NCBI GenBank assembly: GCA_964016885.1 | Contig: OZ024743.1 | Coordinates: 292,826,001-292,890,000 of the forward strand | DNA from: Eledone cirrhosa | Lineage: Eukaryota | DNA: 64,000 bases | Direction of reading: 5' to 3' | In this document: positions 14,946 to 28,514 of the stretch, in pieces | How positions within the stretch are numbered: the stretch's first letter is position 1 | Layout of the letters: each line of letters starts with the position of its first letter | The notes under the pieces: generated by a model | Told to the model about the DNA's origin: nothing | Seen by the model: only the letters and a program-made list of their open reading frames with translations | Databases searched by the model: none | Translations under genes and position numbers: made by a program

Positions 14946-15526
14946 GACTTCGTGTTTTGATATTGTTAAAACATTTTTTCTTCTATTACTTAAGATATTT
15001 CATAAACTCTGATCTTCTGTTACGCGGATCTCTACCAATGTTTCAGATTTTTCCTATCCGTTAGAAGACTTTGTAAAAGGATTTCAGCTAAAATGACCGT
15101 CACATATGTTACTTATTTTACTCATAACTATAAACGCATGGATGACTGAATAGATGAGACAATTTTATCCCAAACATGTGCTCCAGCATTCGATTTTCCT
15201 CGGTGCCTACTTGAGAAAGTGTCTTTAAAAACAGCCTTCGGTTGATGCAGATGTTCTAAGTAAAATCAGATAGATGCCCATCCGATGGACTGTGTCTGTT
15301 ATTCTGATTCCAAAGCAAGCACTTAACCATTTAGTTATTTTCTATCGACAAAGAACTATTCCAACAATTTTCTTTCTGTTTAGTCAGCAATGGAAAAGCA
15401 GTGTTCGTGACTTTTTCAGGGCCTTGGACTTTGAAATAGCGTAATATGGCCTCAAAGCGTAGACCTAATCATTATCCTTGCAAAGGTTGTATATCGTCAT
15501 TGAGAAAAGTTTGATTGTCATCCCTT

Positions 15527-15577
15527 CTGTCTACTCCCACTACCCGACCGCAAGGGTCGGGTAGTGGGAGTAGACAG
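15527..15577. repeat. Perfect 23-bp GC-rich hairpin, 5-nt loop
   Basis: ctgtctactcccactacccgacc gcaag ggtcgggtagtgggagtagacag. Confidence 0.9.
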
Positions 15578-18282
15578 GGTGGTTAACAGATTAATTCTCC
15601 CCTCAAAATATGCCACTTTGGGAATTGAACTCAAAGAGCCAAAATAATTACTGCACGCTAACAATTCCCTCCAATTCCTCCATCTTGGTAGTTACATTAT
15701 TCTATCTTATCGATCCAGAAGGGATGATAATCAAACTTTATGTCTATGGGGTTTCTACAAACAAATACTGGAATGCACTTTATGCATTGTTTTAGCGACT
15801 TTGCCGATTCAGCGCCTTGTAATGGAAACACTAAAAGGTATGTCTCATTGCTAAGAAAGGTAACCTCTCTGATCCTTCCAACCATTCTCACTCTATCATC
15901 ACAAATATAATTGAAACAGTAATAAACATTCATTTTAAGTATCTCTACTTACTGTCCACTACAAACTAGTGAAGGTGCGCGACTTAGCGATTAGTGTGTT
16001 GGGCTTTTCGTTGTAAGGTGGTGGATTTGTCCTTCAGCAAGTTACTTTAATTCCCGATGCTCTAATTCACTCAACCGAAAACAATAGCTATAGGTAGGAA
16101 TTAAACTTGCAAGGGTCCTGTGGCCCGTCAAGGAATATTTTGATACTCACAGTCAGTTAACGCCACATGAAATCTGAATTTGCTTCGGCTTGATGAACCT
16201 CTAGTATAGAGAAAGACTCTTTTAAGCTAGTGACTACCAGTACAGTAACTGTAAGGTCATACATTTGGTTTTTCCGTTGTATATCGTCATTGAGAAAAGT
16301 TTTGTTTCTTCCACCTGTCTCTTATATCGCTATTAAAACATTTTACTATAAACTAGCAAGCAACATATCTGTGCTCATGAAATTAATTACTAGTCCAGGA
16401 GTCGGAGAAGTTGCCTTGCAGTATTATTTCCGGCTTTTTATGTTCTAAGTTCCAATCCTGTTGTGGCTTACTTGAATTACAGGATTAATCTATTGCGTTG
16501 TTTAAAAACAACACTAAGCACTTGGGTGAGTTTAGAGTTAATCGACCCTGATGCAAGCTTTGGACTGGGTCTCTGGTTTATGTATAGCTTTTTCCCTTGC
16601 TTCTACTAGATTCAGATGACTTGAAACCTGTCATAGACCTTGCCCTTTTCTCTCCGTCTAAACAGCATTGTTTTCCTTGGGGCAATGCTTTACATCTTCA
16701 GATGTTCAACTGTTCAAATTTAACATCAACCACATCACGCTCACTGGAGTGATAGAGACCAGAGAAATCGTGGAGACTGTCTTTCGTCTTCCTACTCCTC
16801 CTCATCATTCACCCCCACCCCATCCCACCCAACAATCAGCAGCAGCAGCATCTTCTGACCAGCGAATTAAAAAGCAAATATTTCTCAAGCTAACCTCTTT
16901 GTTTTCGATAACCGGCGCCTTTGAGCACAAATCCAATGCAAATTCTGAGAACCTTCCAGGAACTTTCTAATTATGTGAATATTTGATTGTATTTTTCCCG
17001 TAGCTTTTTAGGAAAATTCTTTGATAAGGAGCTAAGAATTTTCTCTGGGCAAGTTTCATGAAAACTCCTCTTATCTCTTCAACCACAGGGCACATTTTAT
17101 TGGCTGATAATAGTCTTTATTTTGAGGGATTATTCTATATATGGCGGCAAACGAAATTTGGTTTTGTTTTGTCTTATCTTTCAGATATTCAGCATCATTT
17201 AATTCGTATGCCTAAGGTTATGACATTCAACGGGAAGTTGAAAACCCTTTGCTTCTTAGAAAATAGCAAATATTCATTTTCAAACCATCAAAAAATAAAT
17301 AAAATAAAATAAAATAAATAGAGACGAGAATTATCTAATTGGGTAAAAAAATATATTATCAGGAAAAAACTTAATGAAAACAAAATGGTGCACAAATCTG
17401 CACAAATATCGAAGTGAAGTCGAGGTTGAGATAGAAAAGTGGAATTTGAAGGAGAGGAAAGAAGAACTTATTCCGATTTTTTTTAATTCTCAGCACAAAA
17501 TCCGTGATTACAGTAATTACATAATAACAGGTATCCCTTGCCTGTTCAGTGATTTTTTGCAATTTTAGTTAAATCAATGTGTTAAAAGATATTTGATTCA
17601 GTGTGAAAATTATATTGTTATACAGACACACACATATAAATATATAAATAAATATATATATATACATACATGCATACATACATATAAATGTAGGCTTACA
17701 GATATATTCATATATATGTATATATACACAAATATATATATATATATGTGTGTAAGTGTGTGTGTGTGTGTGTGTGTGTGTAGTTGAGATTGTATGTGTA
17801 TGTGTGTGTATTTGTGAGTATGTGTGTCTGAGTTTGTGTGTGTGCGTCTATGTCTCAGTGAGTTTATTTATGAGTGTGTAAGTATATGTGTGTGTATATG
17901 TGTGTGTAACACACCAACAGCACATATTTAACATTGCCATAGATATTTGACTGTGTTGTTACCGGCAGATAATATCAGCAATGGAAAGACCAATGGAAAA
18001 ATAGGTTCTTTTGTTCGAACTGATGATTGGCTCTTACTTTTAATGTGAATGTATTAAAATCTTACACCACTTCCCTTTCCATTCACTATATTTTTTACAC
18101 ATACACTTCCGCACTTTACTTTTATAATACTCTACCCTCTACTCTTTGAATGTGATGTTACACTCTATTAGAATACATATATTCTCGAATACCTCTCCGT
18201 TATCGATATATATATATAAACACTCATTTGTTCGCTTTTCATTTTTCCTTACTTCTCTTGCACCCCCCTCTCTCTCTCTCTC

Positions 18283-18322
<40 letters not shown>

Positions 18323-18731
18323 TGAAGTAAGTTTTATATCTTCAATGTTTAGCACTTCTTTTTATCATATTTACTTTCCTTTCCTTGCGCTGTAGGCCGG
18401 AAGAAAGTTTTGGCAGAAGACAAATTATTTAAGAATGTACAATATGAAATAATTGCTGTAGTTAGCCTAAGGTTAGCGCTGATCAAACCGACCTATATTA
18501 AAAACCATTTCCGATGTAACCTCTCTGTCTTTGTTTATCAGGGAATACGTTGTTCAATGTGTCCTTCGTTTTTAATTGTCTAGAATGCACGACATGAGAA
18601 AGATTTCGTAATTATATTCATCAGATATAGCTGTGACATTGAGATACCTTAATTACATTTACGCATATCACCTCCATACATAATACCACACACATACATG
18701 AAAGCATATATATGCATGCATATATGGGTAA

Positions 18732-18826
<95 letters not shown>

Positions 18827-18840
18827 TATATATATATATA

Positions 18841-19847
18841 GTATGCATGTATGTATACGTACATACATATATGTATACAGACGTACAGTAGTATGTATAT
18901 ATATACATACATGCACACATATATATATATGCACGTATCGGTTTACCGAACATTTATTATAATGTTCGGTTTGTGTGTTTGTAAACAACAAACAGCCCGA
19001 ATTACACCGTACTGTGTTTAGGCAAACACGTCACCTTTTTGTTCCACACTGACACCGGAACGATGTACTAGTTTCAAGCTTATTAGCTATCGTCAGCATC
19101 GTATACCTTCCTGCCAAATGGTTGAACGTCTGAAAGTATATACTTGTGCATATTAACGGCTGAGCAGCCTAATTTGCATATCGAGTGAGTTCAGTCGCCC
19201 GGGCACACCGAAAACGATAAATGGAATAGAATGAAACGAAATTTCATTTCTCACTCTTAGTACGGCACTTACTTAAATGTAAGTATACATGTATGTATAC
19301 GTACATACATATATGTATACAGACGTACAGTAGTATGTATATATATACATACATGCACACATATATATGCACGTATCGGTTTACCGAAAATTTATTATAA
19401 TGCTCGGTTTGTTTGTTTGTATACGAACAAACAGCCCGAATTACGCCGTACAGTGTTTAGGCAACCACGTCACCTTTTTGTTCAACACGGACACAGGAAC
19501 GATGTACTAGTTTCAAGCTTATTAGCTATCGTCAGCATCGTATACCTTCCTGCCAGATGGTTGAACGTCTGAAAGCATATACTTTCCTTATGCATATTAA
19601 CGGCTGCGCAGCCTAATTTGCATATCGAGTGAGTTCAGTTTACAAGCAAACAAACCGAACATTATAATAAATGTTCGGTAAACCGATACGTGCATATATA
19701 TATATATATATGTATGCATGTATGTATATATATACATACTACTGTACGTCTGTATACATATATGTATGTACGTATACATACTTGCATACTTACATTTAAG
19801 TAAGTGCCGTACTAAGAGTGAGAAATGAAATTTCGTTTTATTCTATT

Positions 19848-19850
<3 letters not shown>
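18841..19850. mobile_element. Tandem ~439-bp unit (x~1.8) plus inverted partial copy, between (TA)n tracts
   Basis: 18841-19195 repeats at 19285-19638; 19638-19850 is the reverse complement of unit sequence. Confidence 0.85.
19060..19102 (-). ncRNA. Minimal HHR (second copy 19499-19541)
   Basis: acgatg CTGACGA t AGCT aata AGCT t GAAAC ta GTA catcgt: perfect 6-bp stem I; ACTAGT palindrome. Confidence 0.8.
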
Positions 19851-19885
<35 letters not shown>

Positions 19886-19887
<2 letters not shown>

Positions 19888-20340
19888 CAAACGAATTGTG
19901 GTAAGGAACCAGATGGACCATAACGCACCAGAGTACTCAATACTTAGGACAGTAGAGTGGGAAATAGGAAAAAGTATGACCCCGACGGCAGAGCTCAACC
20001 CGTTTCGACGGCTATTTCTGGACTAAATTAGAATTTTTAGCCTGATGAATAAATAGCCGAACTTTTCAAGGGGGTACTTTCTTATATGGGAAGATTGTAG
20101 TTGTCAAGATGATTGGTTAAAATTTGTTGTAAACACAAATAAGTCTATCATGGCATTTGGTGGGAGGTAGGGGTAGCTGAACTTGCCTGTAGTATAATAG
20201 GGGAGTGAGTGGAGCGGTCAAGCGTTGAAAGTGATATGTATACAGCAGATTATAAGGATAGTGTATGAAGTGGAGGAGGGTGGTTATAGAATAGGTAAGT
20301 CGAATGAGAGTAGGAGACAATAAAAGATAATAGAAAGAAA
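19886..20340 (-). mobile_element. PLE pLTR-like fragment with HHR-like core at 19994-20072
   Basis: TTGAAAA gtt cggctattt...aaatagccg tc GAAAC gg GTT; terminal ~75 bp matches 45800-45875 on the opposite strand. Confidence 0.5.
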
Positions 20341-20577
20341 TAAAAAAATATATTTATATATTTTTTTATTTATTTCTATTATCTAATTAAATCAATAGAC
20401 CTGCGAGTCTAGAGTCCGGTAGATCCGCACACAGATCGCACCTCGAGCTGTTCGCCAGGGAAATTGAGTTCCAATGCATCACTGATTCTTCGTTTTCCAT
20501 TCTATAATACTCTGCCCCGCAGGAGCATAGAGTGCTCAACCGGCATACCGCCTATGGAAGAAACTTAGCTACCATTA

Positions 20578-20616
<39 letters not shown>

Positions 20617-20620
<4 letters not shown>

Positions 20621-20800
20621 TTAATATAGATGAGATTCTACAGGAGTAGAACTGTTTCATTCTTTAGAAACTGTTTCATTTCTAAAGAATGAAGCAGTTC
20701 TAGTCCTGTAGAATCTCATCTATATTAAAACTTTTATACTCTGCTATGTATTGAGTACCTTACTTACTGTGGTTACCGATTCAACCCGGAATAACGTATG
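20617..20800 (+). mobile_element. Short fold-back module (inverted arms within 20617-20732) with unique tail
   Basis: agttttaatatagatgagattctacagg...cctgtagaatctcatctatattaaaact; flanked by (TA)n. Confidence 0.7.
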
Positions 20801-20817
20801 TATATATATATATATAT

Positions 20818-21122
20818 ATCACATAAGAAACGAAGAGTCAGTGGGGCGACGAATTAGAATTTATTAGACATATTACAATCGTTTCTCTGGCGACCAGTCG
20901 AGGTACGATCGATGTGAGGTTCAGAGTCAGGTTCGATCCTCGCATAAATCGTACCACGAGCTCGTTGCCACAGAAACGATTGTAATATGTTTAATAAATT
21001 TTAATTTGCCGCACCACTGATTCTCCGTTTCGTATGTGATATTATACTCTGCTCTGTAAGAGCTTCGAGTGCTCAAACGGCCTACCTACCGCATACGGAC
21101 GCTTTTAAGCTTCCCATACCAA
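20818..21122 (+). mobile_element. Fold-back module (arms within 20818-21040) with conserved 3' tail
   Basis: Imperfect inverted arms containing an HHR 3' half (GAAAC gatt GTA, then AATAAA); tail homologous to 20475-20580 and 53614-53724. Confidence 0.7.
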
Positions 21123-21145
21123 ATATATACATATATATATATATG

Positions 21146-21245
<100 letters not shown>

Positions 21246-21389
21246 ATTACAACAGTGGCATAATCAGGTACTCAAGATTTGTCGGGTTCTGGGCCCCAAT
21301 TTCTTCAGCCTGTCATGAGAAAAAAAAATATCTATATATATATGTATATATATATATAGTAGTAATAATAAAATTGAAGACTAAAATCC

Positions 21390-21489
<100 letters not shown>

Positions 21490-21584
21490 GTGTATAGAGA
21501 GAGAGGGGAGTGGGAAAGAGAGAGTTCCAGAACAAAGTAACAAGCCATCCGCGCGTTTCACCGAATGGATGTTCAACACGTGTG

Positions 21585-22065
21585 TTTTGGCCAGAGGTAT
21601 TTATTTCCAGGTACCTTATAAACATGACTTTCCGTATTTATTACTGTTATGAGATATGGAGGTTTTTTGGTTGTCACTTCTCTGTTTTTAGCCTAAGAAT
21701 ATATATATATGCGTGTGTAAATAATTACATGCATACATTTATTTTTTTAAATTAATTGAGTACTTAACACGTGGAATTGATAATAGTTTTGAAATAACTA
21801 ATTAACCCGCGTGTATTAAATATTTTACTCTTAATTTGGCCAGAGATTTATATTCCCAATCGCCTTTTAAAGCGTAACTTTACGTATTTACTACAGTTAT
21901 GAGATGCGGCTTGTTATTTAGGTATCACTTCTGTTTTTAGCCTAAGAAAATATCTATATGCGTGTGTAATTAATACACGCACACATTTATTTTTTTTATT
22001 TCAATTGAGTTCTTCACACGTTGGATTGATAATGTTTTTGAAAAAACTAATTAACCCACGTGTAT
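21585..22065. repeat. Diverged ~250-bp tandem duplication
   Basis: ttggccagag...attaaccc(g/a)cgtgtat occurs twice. Confidence 0.75.
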
Positions 22066-22251
22066 ATTATTTTCTTTTCTCGTGAATCGTGGTTGTCTCC
22101 CTTTCCCGCTTCGTGACGCTATGATACTTTCTCAGTCAAAAGACTGCTGGAATTTCAAATTTGGCGGTCATTCGATGCGTGAAGGAGCAGCTTAGCAGAC
22201 ACGATTTTTAACTGCGGTAAGAATTTTTTCTCATATCAAAGTTTAATGGGC

Positions 22252-22376
22252 TTCCACTGAAGATTTATAAGTGCCCACCTAAATATATTCTTACATAAAT
22301 ATATGTTAGGCTTCTACATAAACTGGAAACATTCTCCCAATTTGTAGAAAACTTATGATGAAACAATTGTTTGGAA
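22252..22376 (+). ncRNA. HHR with branched ~80-nt stem II insertion
   Basis: ttcca CTGAAGA t ttataag...cttatga t GAAAC aatt GTT tggaa: 5-bp stem I, ACAATTGT palindrome, two internal hairpins. Confidence 0.75.
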
Positions 22377-22557
22377 AGAGAGATATATTTTAACTTTAAT
22401 TATATCTCATAAAATAATACAACTGGCTTTCCACAAAATACATATAGTTAGCACCCCAAACACTTGAATTGGGTTTATACTAACATATAACCTAATGTTT
22501 GTTGAGTGAGATGGTTACCAGTCGGAGTTTAGCTTTAAGCTATCTCTGTTATTGTAT

Positions 22558-22625
<68 letters not shown>

Positions 22626-22628
<3 letters not shown>

Positions 22629-23430
22629 ATAAAAATAAATTTGAAGACTAAAATCCAAAGAGGGCTCGATAAGGATAAATATATATCAAATATATAAGAA
22701 CCGTAGAGCAAATATTTATTAAAATAACAGATTAAAGTTTAAGCAAAGAATCGCTGCTTTCACCCTTAACGGGATCTTCTGAAACTAACAAAGTCAATCT
22801 ATAAACGCAGAAGTGGATATTTCAAAAAACGTTGCAACCGGAGAAAGACAGGAAGACGATACTTTGGTTCGTGGAAACGTTCGCTGGCAAAGAACGGGAA
22901 AAAACGAATATAATACGTCATTAATAGGAGCGGTGAAAAACAATTACGCGCATAGACAGAACCACGTTTATGGTATAAAAGAGGTCGTAGACTAATGTTC
23001 TCTTAGGTGGTTCATAGAGACATTCTCTGGCAATGAACGAAAAAAACGAAGATAATACGTCATATCTCCACGCTCTTCATATGACGTATTATCTTCGTTT
23101 TTCTCGTTCATTGCCAGAGAACGTCTCTATGAACCACCTAAGAGAACATTAGTCTACGACCTCTTTTATACCATAAACCTGGTTCTGTCTTTGCGCGTAA
23201 TTGTTTTTCACCGCTCCTATTAGTGACGTATAATATTCGTTTTTTCCTGTTCTTTGCCAGCGAACGTTTCCATGAACCAAAGTATCGTCTTCCTGTCTTC
23301 CTCCGGTTGCAACGTTTTTTGAAATATCCACTTCTGCGTTTACAGATTGACTTTGTTAGTTTCAGAAGATCCCGTTAAGGGTGAAAGCAGCGATTCTTTG
23401 CTTAAACTTTAATCTGTTATTTTAATAAAT

Positions 23431-23525
<95 letters not shown>

Positions 23526-25058
23526 GTAATAATAATAAATTTCAAGACTAAAATCCAAAGAGGGCTCGATAAGGATAAATATATATCAAATATATAAGAA
23601 CCGTAGAGCAAATATTTATTAAAATAACAGATTAAAGTTTAAGCAAAGAATCGCTGCTTTCACCCTTAACGGGATCTTCTGAAACTAACAAAGTCAATCT
23701 GTAAACGCAGAAGTGGATATTTCAAAAAACGTTGCAACGGGAGGAAGACCGGAAGACGATACTTTGGTTCGTGGAAACGTTCGCTGTCAAAGAACGGGAA
23801 AAAACGAATAAGATACGTCATTAATAGGAGCGGTGAAAAACAATTACGCGCAAAGACAGAACCACGTTTATGGTATAAAAGAGGACGTAGACTAATGTTC
23901 TCTTAGGTGGTTCATAGAGACGTTCTCTGGCAAAGAACGAAAAAAACGAAGATAATACGTCATATGTGGATCGTGGAGAACAATAGCACGCAAAGACAAA
24001 ACCACGTAAATGGTATAGCAGAAGTCGTAGACTAAAATTCTAACTAGGAGGCCGAATGAATCTCCGCTACAGAGTTAAGAACAAAGTAAATAAATACAAT
24101 AGAGAAGTAATAGAAATAAATAAATACATGCACGCAAACAAATACGTACATACACAAGCATACGCAAAACACATACCATAGGTATACAAAACCACGCACA
24201 TATAAATATGCGTGTATACAAATAAATAAATAGATAATTATATAAACGTATATAAATAAATAAATACGTATATAACAAGCGCACACACATACCTACATGT
24301 AAATACACGAATGTTCGGAGACGTAAATCAACCAAAACATGAAGTACACTTATACACACACCCTACATACGTACGAACCTACATACTCACACAGACGCAA
24401 AACTCCCGTATACACATAACCAAACCATATGTACCAGAATAAAAAAAATAATAAAAGTTTACGCCATATCATAAACAATCAAATATACGTACGAGAAGGT
24501 ATACGTACCTTCACGAAACATACGGGTAATATATACTTACCTATGCAAATAAGTAATGGTATAAACAAAACATATACTTAGCTCCCACATCAAGACGTAA
24601 AATATCCACGTATAGATCGTACTATCCATTAGGGTATAACGTGGGGCTGTAATACAGGAAAGTTTTGTGCAATTTAGGTTTACAAGCCGAAATTGCCTCA
24701 GATTTTTTGTTTAAGATGTGGTCTGTGGCGTAGAGTATTTCCAGGGCCTCAGCGGCGCAGAGGTCACATGGTCTTTTATTTCCGTTATACGATCAAGCCC
24801 TAGCTAGGATCTCTCAGTGTAACTTATATTGGGTGTGGTTGTCTTTTAGACTCCAGATATATCTTATTCGTTTTTTCCCGTTCTTTGCCAGCAAACGTTT
24901 CCACGAACCAAAGTATCGTCTTCCTGTCTTCCTCCGGTTGCAACGTTTTTTGAAATATCCACTTCTGCGTTTACAGATTGACTTTGTTAGTTTCAGAAGA
25001 TCCCGTTAAGAGTGAAAGCAGCGATTCTTTGCTTAAACTTTAATCTGTTATTTTAATA
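22626..25058. mobile_element. Cluster of one Helitron-associated repeat family in alternating orientation (22626-23062 +, 23080-23431 -, 23525-24040 +, 24863-25058 -); more copies at 48365-48460 and 49490-49752
   Basis: ttaaagtttaagcaaagaatcgctgctttcaccc...aaaaacgttgcaacc repeats; shares gaggctcgataaggataaatatatatc with 1672-1725. Confidence 0.7.
24622..24861 (-). pseudogene. C-terminal GIY-YIG fragment of a different PLE family
   Basis: Manual translation: YIWSLKDNHTQYKLH*EILARA*SYNGNKRPCDLCAAEALEILYATDHILNKKSEAISACK, matching the IW.LK...C.LC..E...LNK.SE..S.C PLE signature. Confidence 0.75.
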
Positions 25059-25087
25059 AATATACATATATATATATATATAGGCGT

Positions 25088-25378
25088 AAAGAACCCTTTC
25101 GTTTGAGAATGATTATTGATTTTGCTCATACAAATTCCCCATTGAGGCACAAGCCAGGAATTGTGCTGTTGTAAAAGACAAACAGTCACCTGTACATACC
25201 ATTTCCCCCTTTCCACCAATTTTGTCCAAGAGGAAGGCAAATGCTTGGCACTGGTGATGTCGTATCTCATATCTATTTCTACGAGAAATAAAGTGCCTTG
25301 CTCAAGGATATAACGCATCCAGGAAATAAACTTAGAACCGCATTATCGTGAATCCGTAGCTCTATTCACAAGGCAACG
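25088..25378 (-). mobile_element. tRNA-derived SINE, second family (decayed; related copy ~15972-16210 +)
   Basis: Minus strand ccttgagcaaggcact core after a tRNA-like head. Confidence 0.5.
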
Positions 25379-25523
25379 GGAATGCGTATATATAAATATA
25401 TATATATCATACAATATTTGTGCATATGTGTATGGTTATACATTACATAAATATATATGTAAATATGTAAATGAAAATGTAACGAGCAAGTTTCAATGTA
25501 TTTATGAACCAGCATATATATGC

Positions 25524-25582
<59 letters not shown>

Positions 25583-25605
25583 TGTATATATATATATATA
25601 TATAT

Positions 25606-25644
<39 letters not shown>

Positions 25645-25646
<2 letters not shown>

Positions 25647-25743
25647 AACATCTTTAAGAATATATACATGTATAAATGACAGAAAATATTTTGTCATATG
25701 CCTATGTCAGAATATATATATATATATATACACATATATACAC

Positions 25744-25842
<99 letters not shown>

Positions 25843-26169
25843 AGAGTATTGAAGTTTCCTTGAAGCATTGTGGAATAATAGGTAAATATCTTTAAGTCGT
25901 TTGGAAGCCTCGACAATGCAAATGGGTAAATCTCCGGGTAACAAGATCCGGTGGTGTAGAGAGAGACATAAGTGGGTGTACGTTGAGATGCGTGGCGTGT
26001 ATAAGACGTGTAGAGGAATGAAGGAAAGAGTATTAAGGATAAAATTAAAATAACAACACGAGAGAGAGTTACCTTGGGAGAGATTTAATTGTCCCTATAT
26101 ATTTCGGATTCACATCCATCAACTGGGTTTTTTTTTCCGGGGTGGGGGAAATATATATATATATATATA

Positions 26170-26230
<61 letters not shown>

Positions 26231-26295
26231 TGACATAGGCATATGACAAAATATTTTCTGTCATTTATACATGTATATATTCTTAAAGATGTTTC
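25645..26295. repeat. ~70-bp inverted repeat (25645-25713 and 26227-26295) around (TA)n-insert-(TA)n
   Basis: gaaacatctttaagaat...tatgtcagaat is mirrored exactly; the insert holds a decayed HHR-like motif at ~26093-26127 (minus). Confidence 0.85.
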
Positions 26296-26348
26296 TTTTC
26301 TTGGTGTTATTTATGTATTCTTACACTATTCCTCTCCATCTCTTTCCC

Positions 26349-26446
<98 letters not shown>

Positions 26447-26591
26447 CGTGCGTGTGCGCGTGTGTGAGTGGTTGGATGACAGAACATGCAGTAGGTGGGT
26501 GGGTGTGGTGGAAGAGTTGTACATGAACTCCGTTGTTTCATTAAAGCTAGCTAATTAATCTCATTCGCCAATTCCTATATATATATATTTG

Positions 26592-26628
<37 letters not shown>

Positions 26629-28514
26629 TTGTGTTTGTGTGGTGTGTGTGTGTGCGTGTATGTTTGCATATATATATTTGTATGTATATATATATATGTG
26701 TGTGTGTGTGTTTGTATAGATGTATATATATTTATATATATATATGTGTGTATGTGTACGTGTGTGTAAATATATATGCATACATGTATGTATATACATA
26801 CGTACATGTGCGTGCTCTCGTACGTGGAATCACATAATATATATATCAAAATCAACAAATTCACGCACACACTAGTTGCATGTAGCACAGCACACATGTA
26901 CAAAGATTGGTAACAACAATAGAAAAACAATCAACAACAGCATAATAGGCTAATGAACCCATTATACTCTATACAGAAATTACTTTTCCAATGACAACAT
27001 TTCTAAGTAGTGTTGTCTATTTTGTCATATTTTCTGCTATTTTTTTTAAGAAACTTTTTTTCTTTTTCTCATATTTTCTGAAAGAGCTCATTTGTCATCT
27101 GATTTAACTAGTACATTGGTGCAATGAAACTTATTTGCTTTTTCTGAAAATGTCAACACCCAACCTATGTGATATTTTCATTTTACCTTATTCTATTGTA
27201 ATATGTTAGATTTTTTTTTTTTTTTAGATATTGATACATTCTTAGCGGTAATATTTTCTTCATATTTCAGCAAAATTCATTTAATTTCATTTACCTTAAT
27301 ATATTCTTTATTCCATTACGATGTGATATTTCACTGAAGTTGAAAACAAAAGGCCTAGAGAGAAATACATTAAGAGAATTATTGCCATAAATGTAGCACA
27401 ATCGAATCTCACTACATACACAGACAATATGGAAGCAATGCAACATGAACCTGGTTAGAAAAATGAAAGAGAATTACGATATTAATGGTTGACAGGTAAA
27501 ATGGTTGCAGCTGCATTATTCAACGAGCAAATTCACGTTCGTCACATTAAATGGTGAGGCACCAAATTATATGTCAACAACTACTGTATTGCACATCTGA
27601 AATTGACTGTACATAGACCAGATTCTCAGAATCTGCAACATCCAAATAAGCACAATAGAGGGATGATAGATATGTTGAAATATTTTGCAAATTTAAAACA
27701 ATAACAATTATAGAAAACATTCCTATCTCATCTGCCTATTTCATATTCATCTCCATTTTACCTATGACAAATGATTTCATATTTTCTGTCCGTATTATGT
27801 TTCCTTAGTAATCCTAATCCACATGCATTGTACGGCTTTCTGACCATAGCCACGTTTCATTTTCATATTCCAGTATTTCAAGCAAACTACTACACCTTAT
27901 TATCTTACACCTGCGCTAGAACAAAGTTTACAATCCTGAAGGAACGTTTTAGATTATCGGAGACACGTGCTCGGGCTACCGCCAAATTAACTTCCCTAAA
28001 CGCTCTCTGCATTACGGCGTGATCAAAAATATCTACATCCCTGGAGGCCTCCCTTCATCAGATTTTAGAAATACTATTAAACATATACACCATATCTGCG
28101 TGAAGAAACTCACGTGACACCTACACCACAAGCTCCATCTATATCCACAAACCCTCTCCGAGCAGATACCACAACTTACAATAGCAGGCTGCTCCATAAA
28201 ACAACGGCCCCAATTGACCAGTGCTACCGCATTCAGGTCCAGTATCAGAAAAAACGAATTCAGAGTGACTTTTCTCCAGACAAACTGCCACAAAATTATG
28301 ACCAGATCTTTCTACCCGGTCAACATGTTTTAAGGAACCAGTAACCCACCTTTGCCCTTTATCCTTGTTAGTTCCAAACATATCCGCCACGTGAAGACAA
28401 GAAACTTGGCTTCGGTTGTCAGATTATATGAGATGCGAGCCGTTTGAGGCATTCTAGTAGAGAGTTGACCCTCAGGCCTACTCACACTCTGGCAATGATA
28501 ATCTTAGATGATGC

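Noticed and set aside
16668-16970. Pro/His/Ala-rich 100-aa ORF as a host exon
   Set aside because: No recognisable domain or convincing splice context.
24622-24861. In-frame TGA codons as selenocysteine (as in some Naiad PLEs); also TGA at 34177
   Set aside because: Positions fit Trp (TGG>TGA) or Arg (CGA>TGA) decay rather than Cys sites, the endonuclease is C-terminal, and no SECIS was identified.
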